A stretch of 64,000 nucleotides of DNA, taken from the human T2T-CHM13v2.0 reference genome, Homo sapiens. The DNA lies in assembly GCF_009914755.1 (NCBI RefSeq), contig NC_060944.1, one strand, 5' to 3'. The notes below the pieces were generated by a model. That model did not search any database. It saw only the letters and a program-made list of their open reading frames with translations, and had not been told where the DNA came from. The position numbers and the translations under genes are program-made. Below are positions 12,301 through 25,252 of this stretch, in pieces. Within the stretch, counting starts at the first letter, position 1. Each line of letters starts with the position of its first letter.

Positions 12301-15300
12301 AAAAAGGAAATCTCTTCCCGTAAAAACTAGACAGAAGCATTCTCAGAAGTTTATTTGTGATGTGTGCCCTCAACTAACAGAGTTGAACCTTTCTTTTGAT
12401 AGAGCAGTTTTGAAACACTCTTTTTGTAAAATCTGCAAGAGGATATTTGGATAGCTTTGAGGATTTCGTTGCAAACGGGAATGGCTTCATATAAACTCTA
12501 GACAGAAGCATTCTCAGAAACTTCGTTGGGATGTTTCGATTGAAGTCCCAGTGTTGAACATTCCCTTTTATAGAGCAGGTTGGAAACACTCTTTCTGCAT
12601 TCCCTGGAAGTGGACATTTGGAGCGCTTTCAGGACGACGGTGAAAATGGAAATATCTTCCAAGAAAATCTAGATAGAAGCAATGTCAGAAACTTTTATGT
12701 GATGGATCTACTCAGCTAACAGAGTTGAACCTTTCTTTTGAGAGAGCAGTTTTGCAACACTCTTTTTGTGGAATATGCAAGTGGATATTAGGGCAGCTTT
12801 GAGGATTTCGTTGGAAACGGGAATACATGTAAAAAGCAGACAGCAGCATTCTCAGAAACTTCTTTGTGATGTTTGCATTGAAGTCACAGAGTTGAACATT
12901 CCCTTTGAGAGAGCAGGTTTGAAACACGCCTTTTGTCATATCTGGAAGTGTCCATTTGGAGCGCATTCAGGCTTGTGTTGAAAAAGGAAATATCCTCCCA
13001 GAAAAACTAGACAGAAGCATTCTCAGAAACTTATCTGTGATGTATGTACTCAACTAACAGAACTAAACCATCGTTTTGAAGGAGCAGTTTTGAAACACTC
13101 ATTTTGCGGAATCTGCAAGTGGATATTTGGCTAGCTGGGAGGATTTCGTTGGAAACGGGATTACATACAAAAAGCAGACAGCAGCATTCTCAGAAACTTC
13201 TTTGTGATGTTTGCATTCAAGTCACAGAGTTGAACATTCCCTTTCATAGAGCAGGTTTGAAACACTCTTTTTGTAGTATCTGGATGTGGACATTTGGATC
13301 GCTTTCAGGCCTATGGTGAAAAAGGAAATATCTTCCCATGAAAACTAGACAGAAGCATTCTCAGAAACTTATTTGTGATGTGTGCCCTCAACTGACAGTG
13401 TTGAACCTTTGTTTTGATAGAGCAGTTCTGAAACACACTTTTTGTAAAATCTGCAAGAGGATATTTGGATAGCTTTGAGGATTTCGTTCGAAACGGGAAT
13501 GTCTTCATGTAAACTCTAGACAGAAGCATTCTCAGAAACTGCTTTGGGATGTTTCAATTGAAGTCCCAGTGTTGAACATTCCCTTTCATAGAGCAGGTTT
13601 GAAACACTCTTTTTGTACTATCTGGAAGTGGACATTTGGAGCGCTTTCAGGTCTACGGTGAAAAAGGAGATATCTTCCAATAAAAACTAGATAGAAGCAA
13701 TGTCAGAACTTTTTTCATGATGTATCTACTCAGCAAACAGAGTTGAACCTTTCTTTTGAGAGAGCAGTTTTGAAACACTCTTTTTGTGGAATATGCAAGT
13801 GGGTATTAGGCCAGCTTGGAGGATTTCGTTGGAAACGGGAATACGTATAAAAAGCAGACAGCAGCATTGTCAGAAACTACTTTGTGATGTTTGCATTCAA
13901 GTCACAGAATTGAACACTCCCTTTCACAGAGCAGGTTTGAAACACTCTTTTTGTAGTGTCTGTAAGTGAACATTTGGATTGCTTTCAGGCCTAAGGTGAA
14001 AAAGGAAATATCTTCCCATAAAAACTAGACAGAAGCATTCTCAGAAACTTGTTTGTGATGTGTGCCCTCTACTGACAGAGTTGAACCTTTCTTTGCAAAG
14101 AGCAGTTTTGAAACACCCTTTTTGTAGAATCTGCAAGAGGATATTTGGATAGCTTTGAGGATTTCTTGGGAAACGGGAATGTCTTCAGATAAACTCTAGA
14201 CAGAAGCATTCTCAGAAACTTCTTTGGGATGTTTCAATTGAAGTCACAGTGTTGAACATTCCCTTTCACAGAGCAGGTTTGAAACACTCTTTTTGTAGTG
14301 TCTATAAGTGAACATTTGGCGTGCTTTCAGGCGTAACGTGAAAAAGGAAATATCTTCCCATAAAAACTAGACAGAAGCATTCTCAGAAACTTGTTCTTGA
14401 TGTGTCCCCTCTACTGACAGAGTTGAACCTTTCTTTGCAAAGAGCAGCTTTGAAACACTCTTTTTGTAGAATCTGCAAGAGGATATTTGGATAGCTTGGA
14501 GGATTTCATTGGAAACGGGTATGTCTTCAGATAAACTCTAGACAGAAGCATTCTCAGAAACTTCTTTGGGATGTTGCATTCAAGTCACAGAGTAGAACAT
14601 TCCCATTCATAGAGCAGATTTGAAACACTCTTTTTGTAGTATCTGGAAGTGGACATTTGGAGCGCTTTCAGGCCTATGTTGAAAAAGGAAATATCTTCCC
14701 ATAAAAACTAGACGGAAGCATTCTCAGAAACTTATTTGTGATGTGTTTGCTCAACTAACAGGATTGAACCATCGTTTTGAAGGAGCAGTTTTGAAACACT
14801 GTTTTCGTGGAATCTGCAAGTGGATATTTGGCTAGCTTTGAGGATTTCGTTGGAAACGGGATTACATATAAAAAGGAGACAGCAGCATTCTCAGAAACTT
14901 CTTTGTGATGTCTGCATTCAATTCACAGAGTTGAGCATTCCCTTTCATAGAGCAGGTTGGAAACACTCTTTTTGTAGTATCTGGATGAGGACATTTGGAG
15001 CGCTTTCAGGCGTATGGTGAAAAAGGAAATATCTTCCCGTAAAAACTAGACAGAAGCATTCTCAGAAGTTTATTTGTGATGTGTGCCCTCAACTAACAGA
15101 GTTGAACCTTTCTTTTGATAGAGCAGTTTTGAAACACTCTTTTTGTAAAATCTGCAAGAGGATATTTGGATAGCTTTGAGGATTTCGTTGCAAACGGGAA
15201 TGGCTTCATATAAACTCTAGACAGAAGCATTCTCAGAAACTTCGTTGGGATGTTTCGATTGAAGTCCCAGTGTTGAACACGCCTTTTTATAGAGCAGGTT

Positions 15301-18300
15301 GGAAACACTCTTTCTGCATTCCCTGGAAGTGGACATTTGGAGCGCTTTCAGGACGACGGTGAAAATGGAAATATCTTCCAAGAAAATCTAGATAGAAGCA
15401 ATGTCAGAAACTTTTATGTGATGGATCTACTCAGCTAACAGAGTTGAACCTTTCTTTTGAGAGAGCAGTTTTGCAACACTCTTTTTGTGGAATATGCAAG
15501 TGGATATTAGGGCAGCTTTGAGGATTTCGTTGGAAACGGGAATACATGTAAAAAGCAGACAGCAGCATTCTCAGAAACTTCTTTGTGATGTTTGCATTGA
15601 AGTCACAGAGTTGAACATTCCCTTTGAGAGAGCAGGTTTGAAACACGCCTTTTGTCATATCTGGAAGTGTCCATTCGGAGCGCATTCAGGCTTGTGTTGA
15701 AAAAGGAAATATCCTCCCATAAAAACTAGACAGAAGCATTCTCAGAAACTTATCTGTGATGTATGTACTCAACTAACAGAACTAAACCATCGTTTTGAAG
15801 GAGCAGTTTTGAAACACTCTTTTGGCGGAATCTGCAAGTGGATATTTGGCTAGCTGGGAGGATTTCGTTGGAAACGGGATTACATACAAAAAGCAGACAG
15901 CAGCATTCTCAGAAACTTCTTTGTGATGTTTGCATTCAAGTCACAGAGTTGAACATTCCCTTTCATAGAGCAGGTTTGAAACACTCTTTTTGTAGTATCT
16001 GGATGTGGACATTTGGATCGCTTTCAGGCCTATGGTGAAAAAGGAAATATCTTCCCATGAAAACTAGACAGAAGCATTCTCAGAAACTTATTTGTGATGT
16101 GTGCCCTCAACTGACAGTGTTGAACCTTTGTTTTGATAGAGCAGTTCTGAAACACACTTTTTGTAAAATCTGCAAGAGGATATTTGGATAGCTTTGAGGA
16201 TTTCGTTGGAAACGGGAATGTCTTCATGTAAACTCTAGACAGAAGCATTCTCAGAAACTGCTTTGGGATGTTTCAATTGAAGTCCCAGTGTTGAACATTC
16301 CCTTTCATAGAGCAGGTTTGAAACACTCTTTTTGTACTATCTGGAAGTGGACATTTGGAGCGCTTTCAGGTCTACGGTGAAAAAGGAGATATCTTCCAAT
16401 AAAAACTAGATAGAAGCAATGTCAGAACTTTTTTCATGATGTATCTACTCAGCAAACAGAGTTGAACCTTTCTTTTGAGAGAGCAGTTTTGAAACACTCT
16501 TTTTGTGGAATATGCAAGTGGGTATTAGGCCAGCTTGGAGGATTTCGTTGGAAACGGGAATACGTATAAAAAGCAGACAGCAGCATTGTCAGAAACTACT
16601 TTGTGATGTTTGCATTCAAGTCACAGAATTGAACACTCCCTTTCACAGAGCAGGTTTGAAACACTCTTTTTGTAGTGTCTGTAAGTGAACATTTGGATTG
16701 CTTTCAGGCCTAAGGTGAAAAAGGAAATATCTTCCCATAAAAACTAGACAGAAACATTCTCAGAAACTTGTTTGTGATGTGTGCCCTCTACTGACAGAGT
16801 TGAAGCTTTCTTTGCAAAGAGCAGTTTTGAAACACTCTTTTTGTAGAATCTGCAAGAGGATATTTGGATAGCTTTGAGGATTTCTTGGGAAACGGGAATG
16901 TCTTCAGATAAACTCTAGACAGAAGCATTCTCAGAAACTTCTTTGGGATGTTTCAATTGAAGTCACAGTGTTGAACATTCCCTTTCACAGAGCAGGTTTG
17001 AAACACTCTTTTTGTAGTGTCTATAAGTGAACATTTGGCGTGCTTTCAGGCCTAACGTGAAAAAGGAAATATCTTCCCATAAAAACTAGACAGAAGCATT
17101 CTCAGAAACTTGTTCTTGATGTGTCCCCTCTACTGACAGAGTTGAACCTTTCTTTGCAAAGAGCAGCTTTGAAACACTCTTTTTGTAGAATCTGCAAGAG
17201 GATATTTGGATAGCTTGGAGGATTTCGTTGGAAACGGGTATGTCTTCAGATAAACTCTAGACAGAAGCATTCTCAGAAACTTCTTTGGGATGTTGCATTC
17301 AAGTCACAGAGTAGAACATTCCCATTCATAGAGCAGATTTGAAACACTCTTTTTGTAGTATCTGGAAGTGGACATTTGGAGCGCTTTCAGGCCTATGTTG
17401 AAAAAGGAAATATCTTCCCATAAAAACTAGACGGAAGCATTCTCAGAAACTTATTTGTGATGTGTTTGCTCAACTAACAGGATTGAACCATCGTTTTGAA
17501 GGAGCAGTTTTGAAACACTGTTTTCGTGGAATCTGCAAGTGGATATTTGGCTAGCTTTGAGGATTTCGTTGGAAACGGGATTACATATAAAAAGGAGACA
17601 GCAGCATTCTCAGAAACTTCTTTGTGATGTCTGCATTCAATTCACAGAGTTGAGCATTCCCTTTCATAGAGCAGGTTGGAAACACTCTTTTTGTAGTATC
17701 TGGATGAGGACATTTGGAGCGCTTTCAGGCGTATGGTGAAAAAGGAAATATCTTCCCGTAAAAACTAGACAGAAGCATTCTCAGAAGTTTATTTGTGATG
17801 TGTGCCCTCAACTAACAGAGTTGAACCTTTCTTTTGATAGAGCAGTTTTGAAACACTCTTTTTGTAAAATCTGCAAGAGGATATTTGGATAGCTTTGAGG
17901 ATTTCGTTGCAAACGGGAATGGCTTCATATAAACTCTAGACAGAAGCATTCTCAGAAACTTCGTTGGGATGTTTCGATTGAAGTCCCAGTGTTGAACATT
18001 CCCTTTTATAGAGCAGGTTGGAAACACTCTTTCTGCATTCCCTGGAAGTGGACATTTGGAGCGCTTTCAGGACGACGGTGAAAATGGAAATATCTTCCAA
18101 GAAAATCTAGATAGAAGCAATGTCAGAAACTTTTATGTGATGGATCTACTCAGCTAACAGAGTTGAACCTTTCTTTTGAGAGAGCAGTTTTGCAACACTC
18201 TTTTTGTGGAATATGCAAGTGGATATTAGGGCAGCTTTGAGGATTTCGTTGGAAACGGGAATACATGTAAAAAGCAGACAGCAGCATTCTCAGAAACTTC

Positions 18301-21300
18301 TTTGTGATGTTTGCATTGAAGTCACAGAGTTGAACATTCCCTTTGAGAGAGCAGGTTTGAAACACGCCTTTTGTCATATCTAGAAGTGTCCATTCGGAGC
18401 GCATTCAGGCTTGTGTTGAAAAAGGAAATATCCTCCCAGAAAAACTAGACAGAAGCATTCTCAGAAACTTATCTGTGATGTATGTACTCAACTAACAGAA
18501 CTAAACCATCGTTTTGAAGGAGCAGTTTTGAAACACTCTTTTTGCGGAATCTGCAAGTGGATATTTGGCTAGCTGGGAGGATTTCGTTGGAAACGGGATT
18601 ACATACAAAAAGCAGAGAGCAGCATTCTCAGAAACTTCTTTGTGATGTTTGCATTCAAGTCACAGAGTTGAACATTCCCTTTCATAGAGCAGGTTTGAAA
18701 CACTCTTTTTGTAGTATCTGGATGTGGACATTTGGATCGCTTTCAGGCCTATGGTGAAAAAGGAAATATCTTCCCATGAAAACTAGACAGAAGCATTCTC
18801 AGAAACTTATTTGTGATGTGTGCCCTCAACTGACAGTGTTGAACCTTTGTTTTGATAGAGCAGTTCTGAAACACACTTTTTGTAAAATCTGCAAGAGGAT
18901 ATTTGGATAGCTTTGAGGATTTCGTTCGAAACGGGAATGTCTTCATGTAAACTCTAGACAGAAGCATTCTCAGAAACTGCTTTGGGATGTTTCAATTGAA
19001 GTCCCAGTGTTGAACATTCCCTTTCATAGAGCAGGTTTGAAACACTCTTTTTGTACTATCTGGAAGTGGACATTTGGAGCGCTTTCAGGTCTACGGTGAA
19101 AAAGGAGATATCTTCCAATAAAAACTAGATAGAAGCAATGTCAGAACTTTTTTCATGATGTATCTACTCAGCAAACAGAGTTGAACCTTTCTTTTGAGAG
19201 AGCAGTTTTGAAACACTCTTTTTGTGGAATATGCAAGTGGGTATTAGCCCAGCTTGGAGGATTTCGTTGGAAACGGGAATACGTATAAAAAGCAGACAGC
19301 AGCATTGTCAGAAACTACTTTGTGATGTTTGCATTCAAGTCACAGAATTGAACACTCCCTTTCACAGAGCAGGTTTGAAACACTCTTTTTGTAGTGTCTG
19401 TAAGTGAACATTTGGATTGCTTTCAGGCCTAAGGTGAAAAAGGAAATATCTTCCCATAAAAACTAGACAGAAGCATTCTCAGAAACTTGTTTGTGATGTG
19501 TGCCCTCTACTGACAGAGTTGAACCTTTCTTTGCAAAGAGCAGTTTTGAAACACCCTTTTTGTAGAATCTGCAAGAGGATATTTGGATAGCTTTGAGGAT
19601 TTCTTGGGAAACGGGAATGTCTTCAGATAAACTCTAGACAGAAGCATTCTCAGAAACTTCTTTGGGATGTTTCAATTGAAGTCACAGTGTTGAACATTCC
19701 CTTTCACAGAGCAGGTTTGAAACACTCTTTTTGTAGTGTCTATAAGTGAACATTTGGCGTGCTTTCAGGCGTAACGTGAAAAAGGAAATATCTTCCCATA
19801 AAAACTAGACAGAAGCATTCTCAGAAACTTGTTCTTGATGTGTCCCCTCTACTGACAGAGTTGAACCTTTCTTTGCAAAGAGCAGCTTTGAAACACACTT
19901 TTTGTAGAATCTGCAAGAGGATATTTGGATAGCTTGGAGGATTTCGTTGGAAACGGGTATGTCTTCAGATAAACTCTAGACAGAAGCATTCTCAGAAACT
20001 TCTTTGGGATGTTGCATTCAAGTCACAGAGTAGAACATTCCCATTCATAGAGCAGATTTGAAACACTCTTTTTGTAGTATCTGGAAGTGGACATTTGGAG
20101 CGCTTTCAGGCCTATGTTGAAAAAGGAAATATCTTCCCATAAAAACTAGACGGAAGCATTCTCAGAAACTTATTTGTGATGTGTTTGCTCAACTAACAGG
20201 ATTGAACCATCGTTTTGAAGGAGCAGTTTTGAAACACTGTTTTCGTGGAATCTGCAAGTGGATATTTGGCTAGCTTTGAGGATTTCGTTGGAAACGGGAT
20301 TACATATAAAAAGGAGACAGCAGCATTCTCAGAAACTTCTTTGTGATGTCTGCATTCAATTCACAGAGTTGAGCATTCCCTTTCATAGAGCAGGTTGGAA
20401 ACACTCTTTTTGTAGTATCTGGATGAGGACATTTGGAGCGCTTTCAGGCGTATGGTGAAAAAGGAAATATCTTCCCGTAAAAACTAGACAGAAGCATTCT
20501 CAGAAGTTTATTTGTGATGTGTGCCCTCAACTAACAGAGTTGAACCTTTCTTTTGATACAGCAGTTTTGAAACACTCTTTTTGTAAAATCTGCAAGAGGA
20601 TATTTGGATAGCTTTGAGGATTTCGTTGCAAACGGGAATGGCTTCATATAAACTCTAGACAGAAGCATTCTCAGAAACTTCGTTGGGATGTTTCGATTGA
20701 AGTCCCAGTGTTGAACACGCCTTTTTATAGAGCAGGTTGGAAACACTCTTTCTGCATTCCCTGGAAGTGGACATTTGGAGCGCTTTCAGGACGACGGTGA
20801 AAATGGAAATATCTTCCAATAAAATCTAGATAGAAGCAATGTCAGAAACTTTTATGTGATGGATCTACTCAGCTAACAGAGTTGAACCTTTCTTTTGAGA
20901 GAGCAGTTTTGCAACACTCTTTTTGTGGAATATGCAAGTGGATATTAGGGCAGCTTTGAGGATTTCGTTGGAAACGGGAATACATGTAAAAAGCAGACAG
21001 CAGCATTCTCAGAAACTTCTTTGTGATGTTTGCATTGAAGTCACAGAGTTGAACATTCCCTTTGAGAGAGCAGGTTTGAAACACGCCTTTTGTCATATCT
21101 GGAAGTGTCCATTCGGAGCGCATTCAGGCTTGTGTTGAAAAAGGAAATATCCTCCCATAAAAACTAGACAGAAGCATTCTCAGAAACTTATCTGTGATGT
21201 ATGTACTCAACTAACAGAACTAAACCATCGTTTTGAAGGAGCAGTTTTGAAACACTCTTTTGGCGGAATCTGCAAGTGGATATTTGGCTAGCTGGGAGGA

Positions 21301-22875
21301 TTTCGTTGGAAACGGGATTACATACAAAAAGCAGACAGCAGCATTCTCAGAAACTTCTTTGTGATGTTTGCATTCAAGTCACAGAGTTGAACATTCCCTT
21401 TCATAGAGCAGGTTTGAAACACTCTTTTTGTAGTATCTGGATGTGGACATTTGGATCGCTTTCAGGCCTATGGTGAAAAAGGTAATATCTTCCCATGAAA
21501 ACTAGACAGAAGCATTCTCAGAAACTTATTTGTGATGTGTGCCCTCAACTGACAGTGTTGAACCTTTGTTTTGATAGAGCAGTTCTGAAACACACTTTTT
21601 GTAAAATCTGCAAGAGGATATTTGGATAGCTTTGAGGATTTCGTTGGAAACGGGAATGTCTTCATGTAAACTCTAGACAGAAGCATTCTCAGAAACTGCT
21701 TTGGGATGTTTCAATTGAAGTCCCAGTGTTGAACATTCCCTTTCATAGAGCAGGTTTGAAACACTCTTTTTGTACTATCTGGAAGTGGACATTTGGAGCG
21801 CTTTCAGGTCTACGGTGAAAAAGGAGATATCTTCCAATAAAAACTAGATAGAAGCAATGTCAGAACTTTTTTCATGATGTATCTACTCAGCAAACAGAGT
21901 TGAACCTTTCTTTTGAGAGAGCAGTTTTGAAACACTCTTTTTGTGGAATATGCAAGTGGGTATTAGGCCAGCTTGGAGGATTTCGTTGGAAACGGGAATA
22001 CGTATAAAAAGCAGACAGCAGCATTGTCAGAAACTACTTTGTGATGTTTGCATTCAAGTCACAGAATTGAACACTCCCTTTCACAGAGCAGGTTTGAAAC
22101 ACTCTTTTTGTAGTGTCTGTAAGTGAACATTTGGATTGCTTTCAGGCCTAAGGTGAAAAAGGAAATATCTTCCCATAAAAACTAGACAGAAGCATTCTCA
22201 GAAACTTGTTTGTGATGTGTGCCCTCTACTGACAGAGTTGAAGCTTTCTTTGCAAAGAGCAGTTTTGAAACACTCTTTTTGTAGAATCTGCAAGAGGATA
22301 TTTGGATAGCTTTGAGGATTTCTTGGGAAACGGGAATGTCTTCAGATAAACTCTAGACAGAAGCATTCTCAGAAACTTCTTTGGGATGTTTCAATTGAAG
22401 TCACAGTGTTGAACATTCCCTTTCACAGAGCAGGTTTGAAACACTCTTTTTGTAGTGTCTATAAGTGAACATTTGGCGTGCTTTCAGGCCTAACGTGAAA
22501 AAGGAAATATCTTCCCATAAAAACTAGACAGAAGCATTCTCAGAAACTTGTTCTTGATGTGTGCCCTCTACTGACAGAGTTGAACCTTTCTTTGCAAAGA
22601 GCAGCTTTGAAACACTCTTTTTGTAGAATCTGCAAGAGGATATTTGGATAGCTTGGAGGATTTCGTTGGAAACGGGTATGTCTTCAGATAAACTCTAGAC
22701 AGAAGCATTCTCAGAAACTTCTTTGGGATGTTGCATTCAAGTCACAGAGTAGAACATTCCCATTCATAGAGCAGATTTGAAACACTCTTTTTGTAGTATC
22801 TGGAAGTGGACATTTGGAGCGCTTTCAGGCCTATGTTGAAAAAGGAAATATCTTCCCATAAAAACTAGACGGAAG

Positions 22876-25252
22876 CATTCTCAGAAACTTATTTGTGATG
22901 TGTTTGCTCAACTAACAGGATTGAACCATCGTTTTGAAGGAGCAGTTTTGAAACACTGTTTTCGTGGAATCTGCAAGTGGATATTTGGCTAGCTTTGAGG
23001 ATTTCGTTGGAAACGGGATTACATATAAAAAGGAGACAGCAGCATTCTCAGAAACTTCTTTGTGATGTCTGCATTCAATTCACAGAGTTGAGCATTCCCT
23101 TTCATAGAGCTGGTTGGAAAAACTCTTTCTGCATTCCCTGGAAGTGGACATTTGGAGCGCTTTCAGGACGACGGTGAAAATGGAAATATCTTCCAAGAAA
23201 ATCTAGATAGAAGCAATGTCCGAAACTTTTATGTGATGGATCTACTCAGCTAACAGAGTTGAACCTTTCTTTTGAGAGAGCAGTTTTGCAACACTCTTTT
23301 TGTGGAATATGCAAGTGGATATTAGGGCAGCTTTGAGGATTTCGTTGGAAACGGGAATACATGTAAAAAGCAGACAGCAGCATTCTCAGAAACTTCTTTG
23401 TGATGTTAGCATTGAAGTCACAGAGTTGAACATTCCCTTTGAGAGAGCAGGTTTGAAACACGCCTTTTGTCATATCTGGAAGTGTCCATTCGGAGCGCAT
23501 TCAGGCTTGTGTTGAAAAAGGAAATATCCTCCCAGAAAAACTAGACAGAAGCATTCTCAGAAACTTATCTGTGATGTATGTACTCAACTAACAGAACTAA
23601 ACCATCGTTTTGAAGGAGCAGTTTTGAAACACTCATTTTGCGGAATCTGCAAGTGGATATTTGGCTAGCTGGGAGGATTTCGTTGGAAACGGGATTACAT
23701 ACAAAAAGCAGACAGCAGCATTCTCAGAAACTTCTTTGTGATGTTTGCATTCAAGTCACAGAGTTGAACATTCCCTTTCATAGAGCAGGTTTGAAACACT
23801 CTTTTTGTAGTATCTGGATGTGGACATTTGGATCGCTTTCAGGCCTATGGTGAAAAAGGAAATATCTTCCCATGAAAACTAGACAGAAGCATTCTCAGAA
23901 ACTTATTTGTGATGTGTGCCCTCAACTGACAGTGTTGAACCTTTGTTTTGATAGAGCAGTTCTGAAACACACTTTTTGTAAAATCTGCAAGAGGATATTT
24001 GGATAGCTTTGAGGATTTCGTTCGAAACGGGAATGTCTTCATGTAAACTCTAGACAGAAGCATTCTCAGAAACTGCTTTGGGATGTTTCAATTGAAGTCC
24101 CAGTGTTGAACATTCCCTTTCATAGAGCAGGTTTGAAACACTCTTTTTGTACTATCTGGAAGTGGACATTTGGAGCGCTTTCAGGTCTACGGTGAAAAAG
24201 GAGATATCTTCCAATAAAAACTAGATAGAAGCAATGTCAGAACTTTTTTCATGATGTATCTACTCAGCAAACAGAGTTGAACCTTTCTTTTGAGAGAGCA
24301 GTTTTGAAACACTCTTTTTGTGGAATATGCAAGTGGGTATTAGGCCAGCTTGGAGGATTTCGTTGGAAACGGGAATACGTATAAAAAGCAGACAGCAGCA
24401 TTGTCAGAAACTACTTTGTGATGTTTGCATTCAAGTCACAGAATTGAACACTCCCTTTCACAGAGCAGGTTTGAAACACTCTTTTTGTAGTGTCTGTAAG
24501 TGAACATTTGGATTGCTTTCAGGCCTAAGGTGAAAAAGGAAATATCTTCCCATAAAAACTAGACAGAAGCATTCTCAGAAACTTGTTTGTGATGTGTGCC
24601 CTCTACTGACAGAGTTGAACCTTTCTTTGCAAAGAGCAGTTTTGAAACACCCTTTTTGTAGAATCTGCAAGAGGATATTTGGATAGCTTTGAGGATTTCT
24701 TGGGAAACGGGAATGTCTTCAGATAAACTCTAGACAGAAGCATTCTCAGAAACTTCTTTGGGATGTTTCAATTGAAGTCACAGTGTTGAACATTCCCTTT
24801 CACAGAGCAGGTTTGAAACACTCTTTTTGTAGTGTCTATAAGTGAACATTTGGCGTGCTTTCAGGCGTAACGTGAAAAAGGAAATATCTTCCCATAAAAA
24901 CTAGACAGAAGCATTCTCAGAAACTTGTTCTTGATGTGTCCCCTCTACTGACAGAGTTGAACCTTTCTTTGCAAAGAGCAGCTTTGAAACACACTTTTTG
25001 TAGAATCTGCAAGAGGATATTTGGATAGCTTGGAGGATTTCGTTGGAAACGGGTATGTCTTCAGATAAACTCTAGACAGAAGCATTCTCAGAAACTTCTT
25101 TGGGATGTTGCATTCAAGTCACAGAGTAGAACATTCCCATTCATAGAGCAGATTTGAAACACTCTTTTTGTAGTATCTGGAAGTGGACATTTGGAGCGCT
25201 TTCAGGCCTATGTTGAAAAAGGAAATATCTTCCCATAAAAACTAGACGGAAG
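22876..25252 (+). repeat. 14-mer variant HOR (2377 bp) with an m2/m4 hybrid monomer; m3 deleted
   Basis: Marker ORF 22977 to 25354 is 2377 bp. The m2-specific gagttgagcattccctttc runs directly into the m4-specific tttctgcattccctgg at about 23104-23129. Confidence 0.95.

Larger units (their letters stand above)
3843..22875 (+). repeat. Seven tandem canonical 16-mers (starts 3843, 6562, 9281, 12000, 14719, 17438, 20157)
   Basis: Exact 2719-bp spacing of marker motifs and ORFs. Confidence 0.95.
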
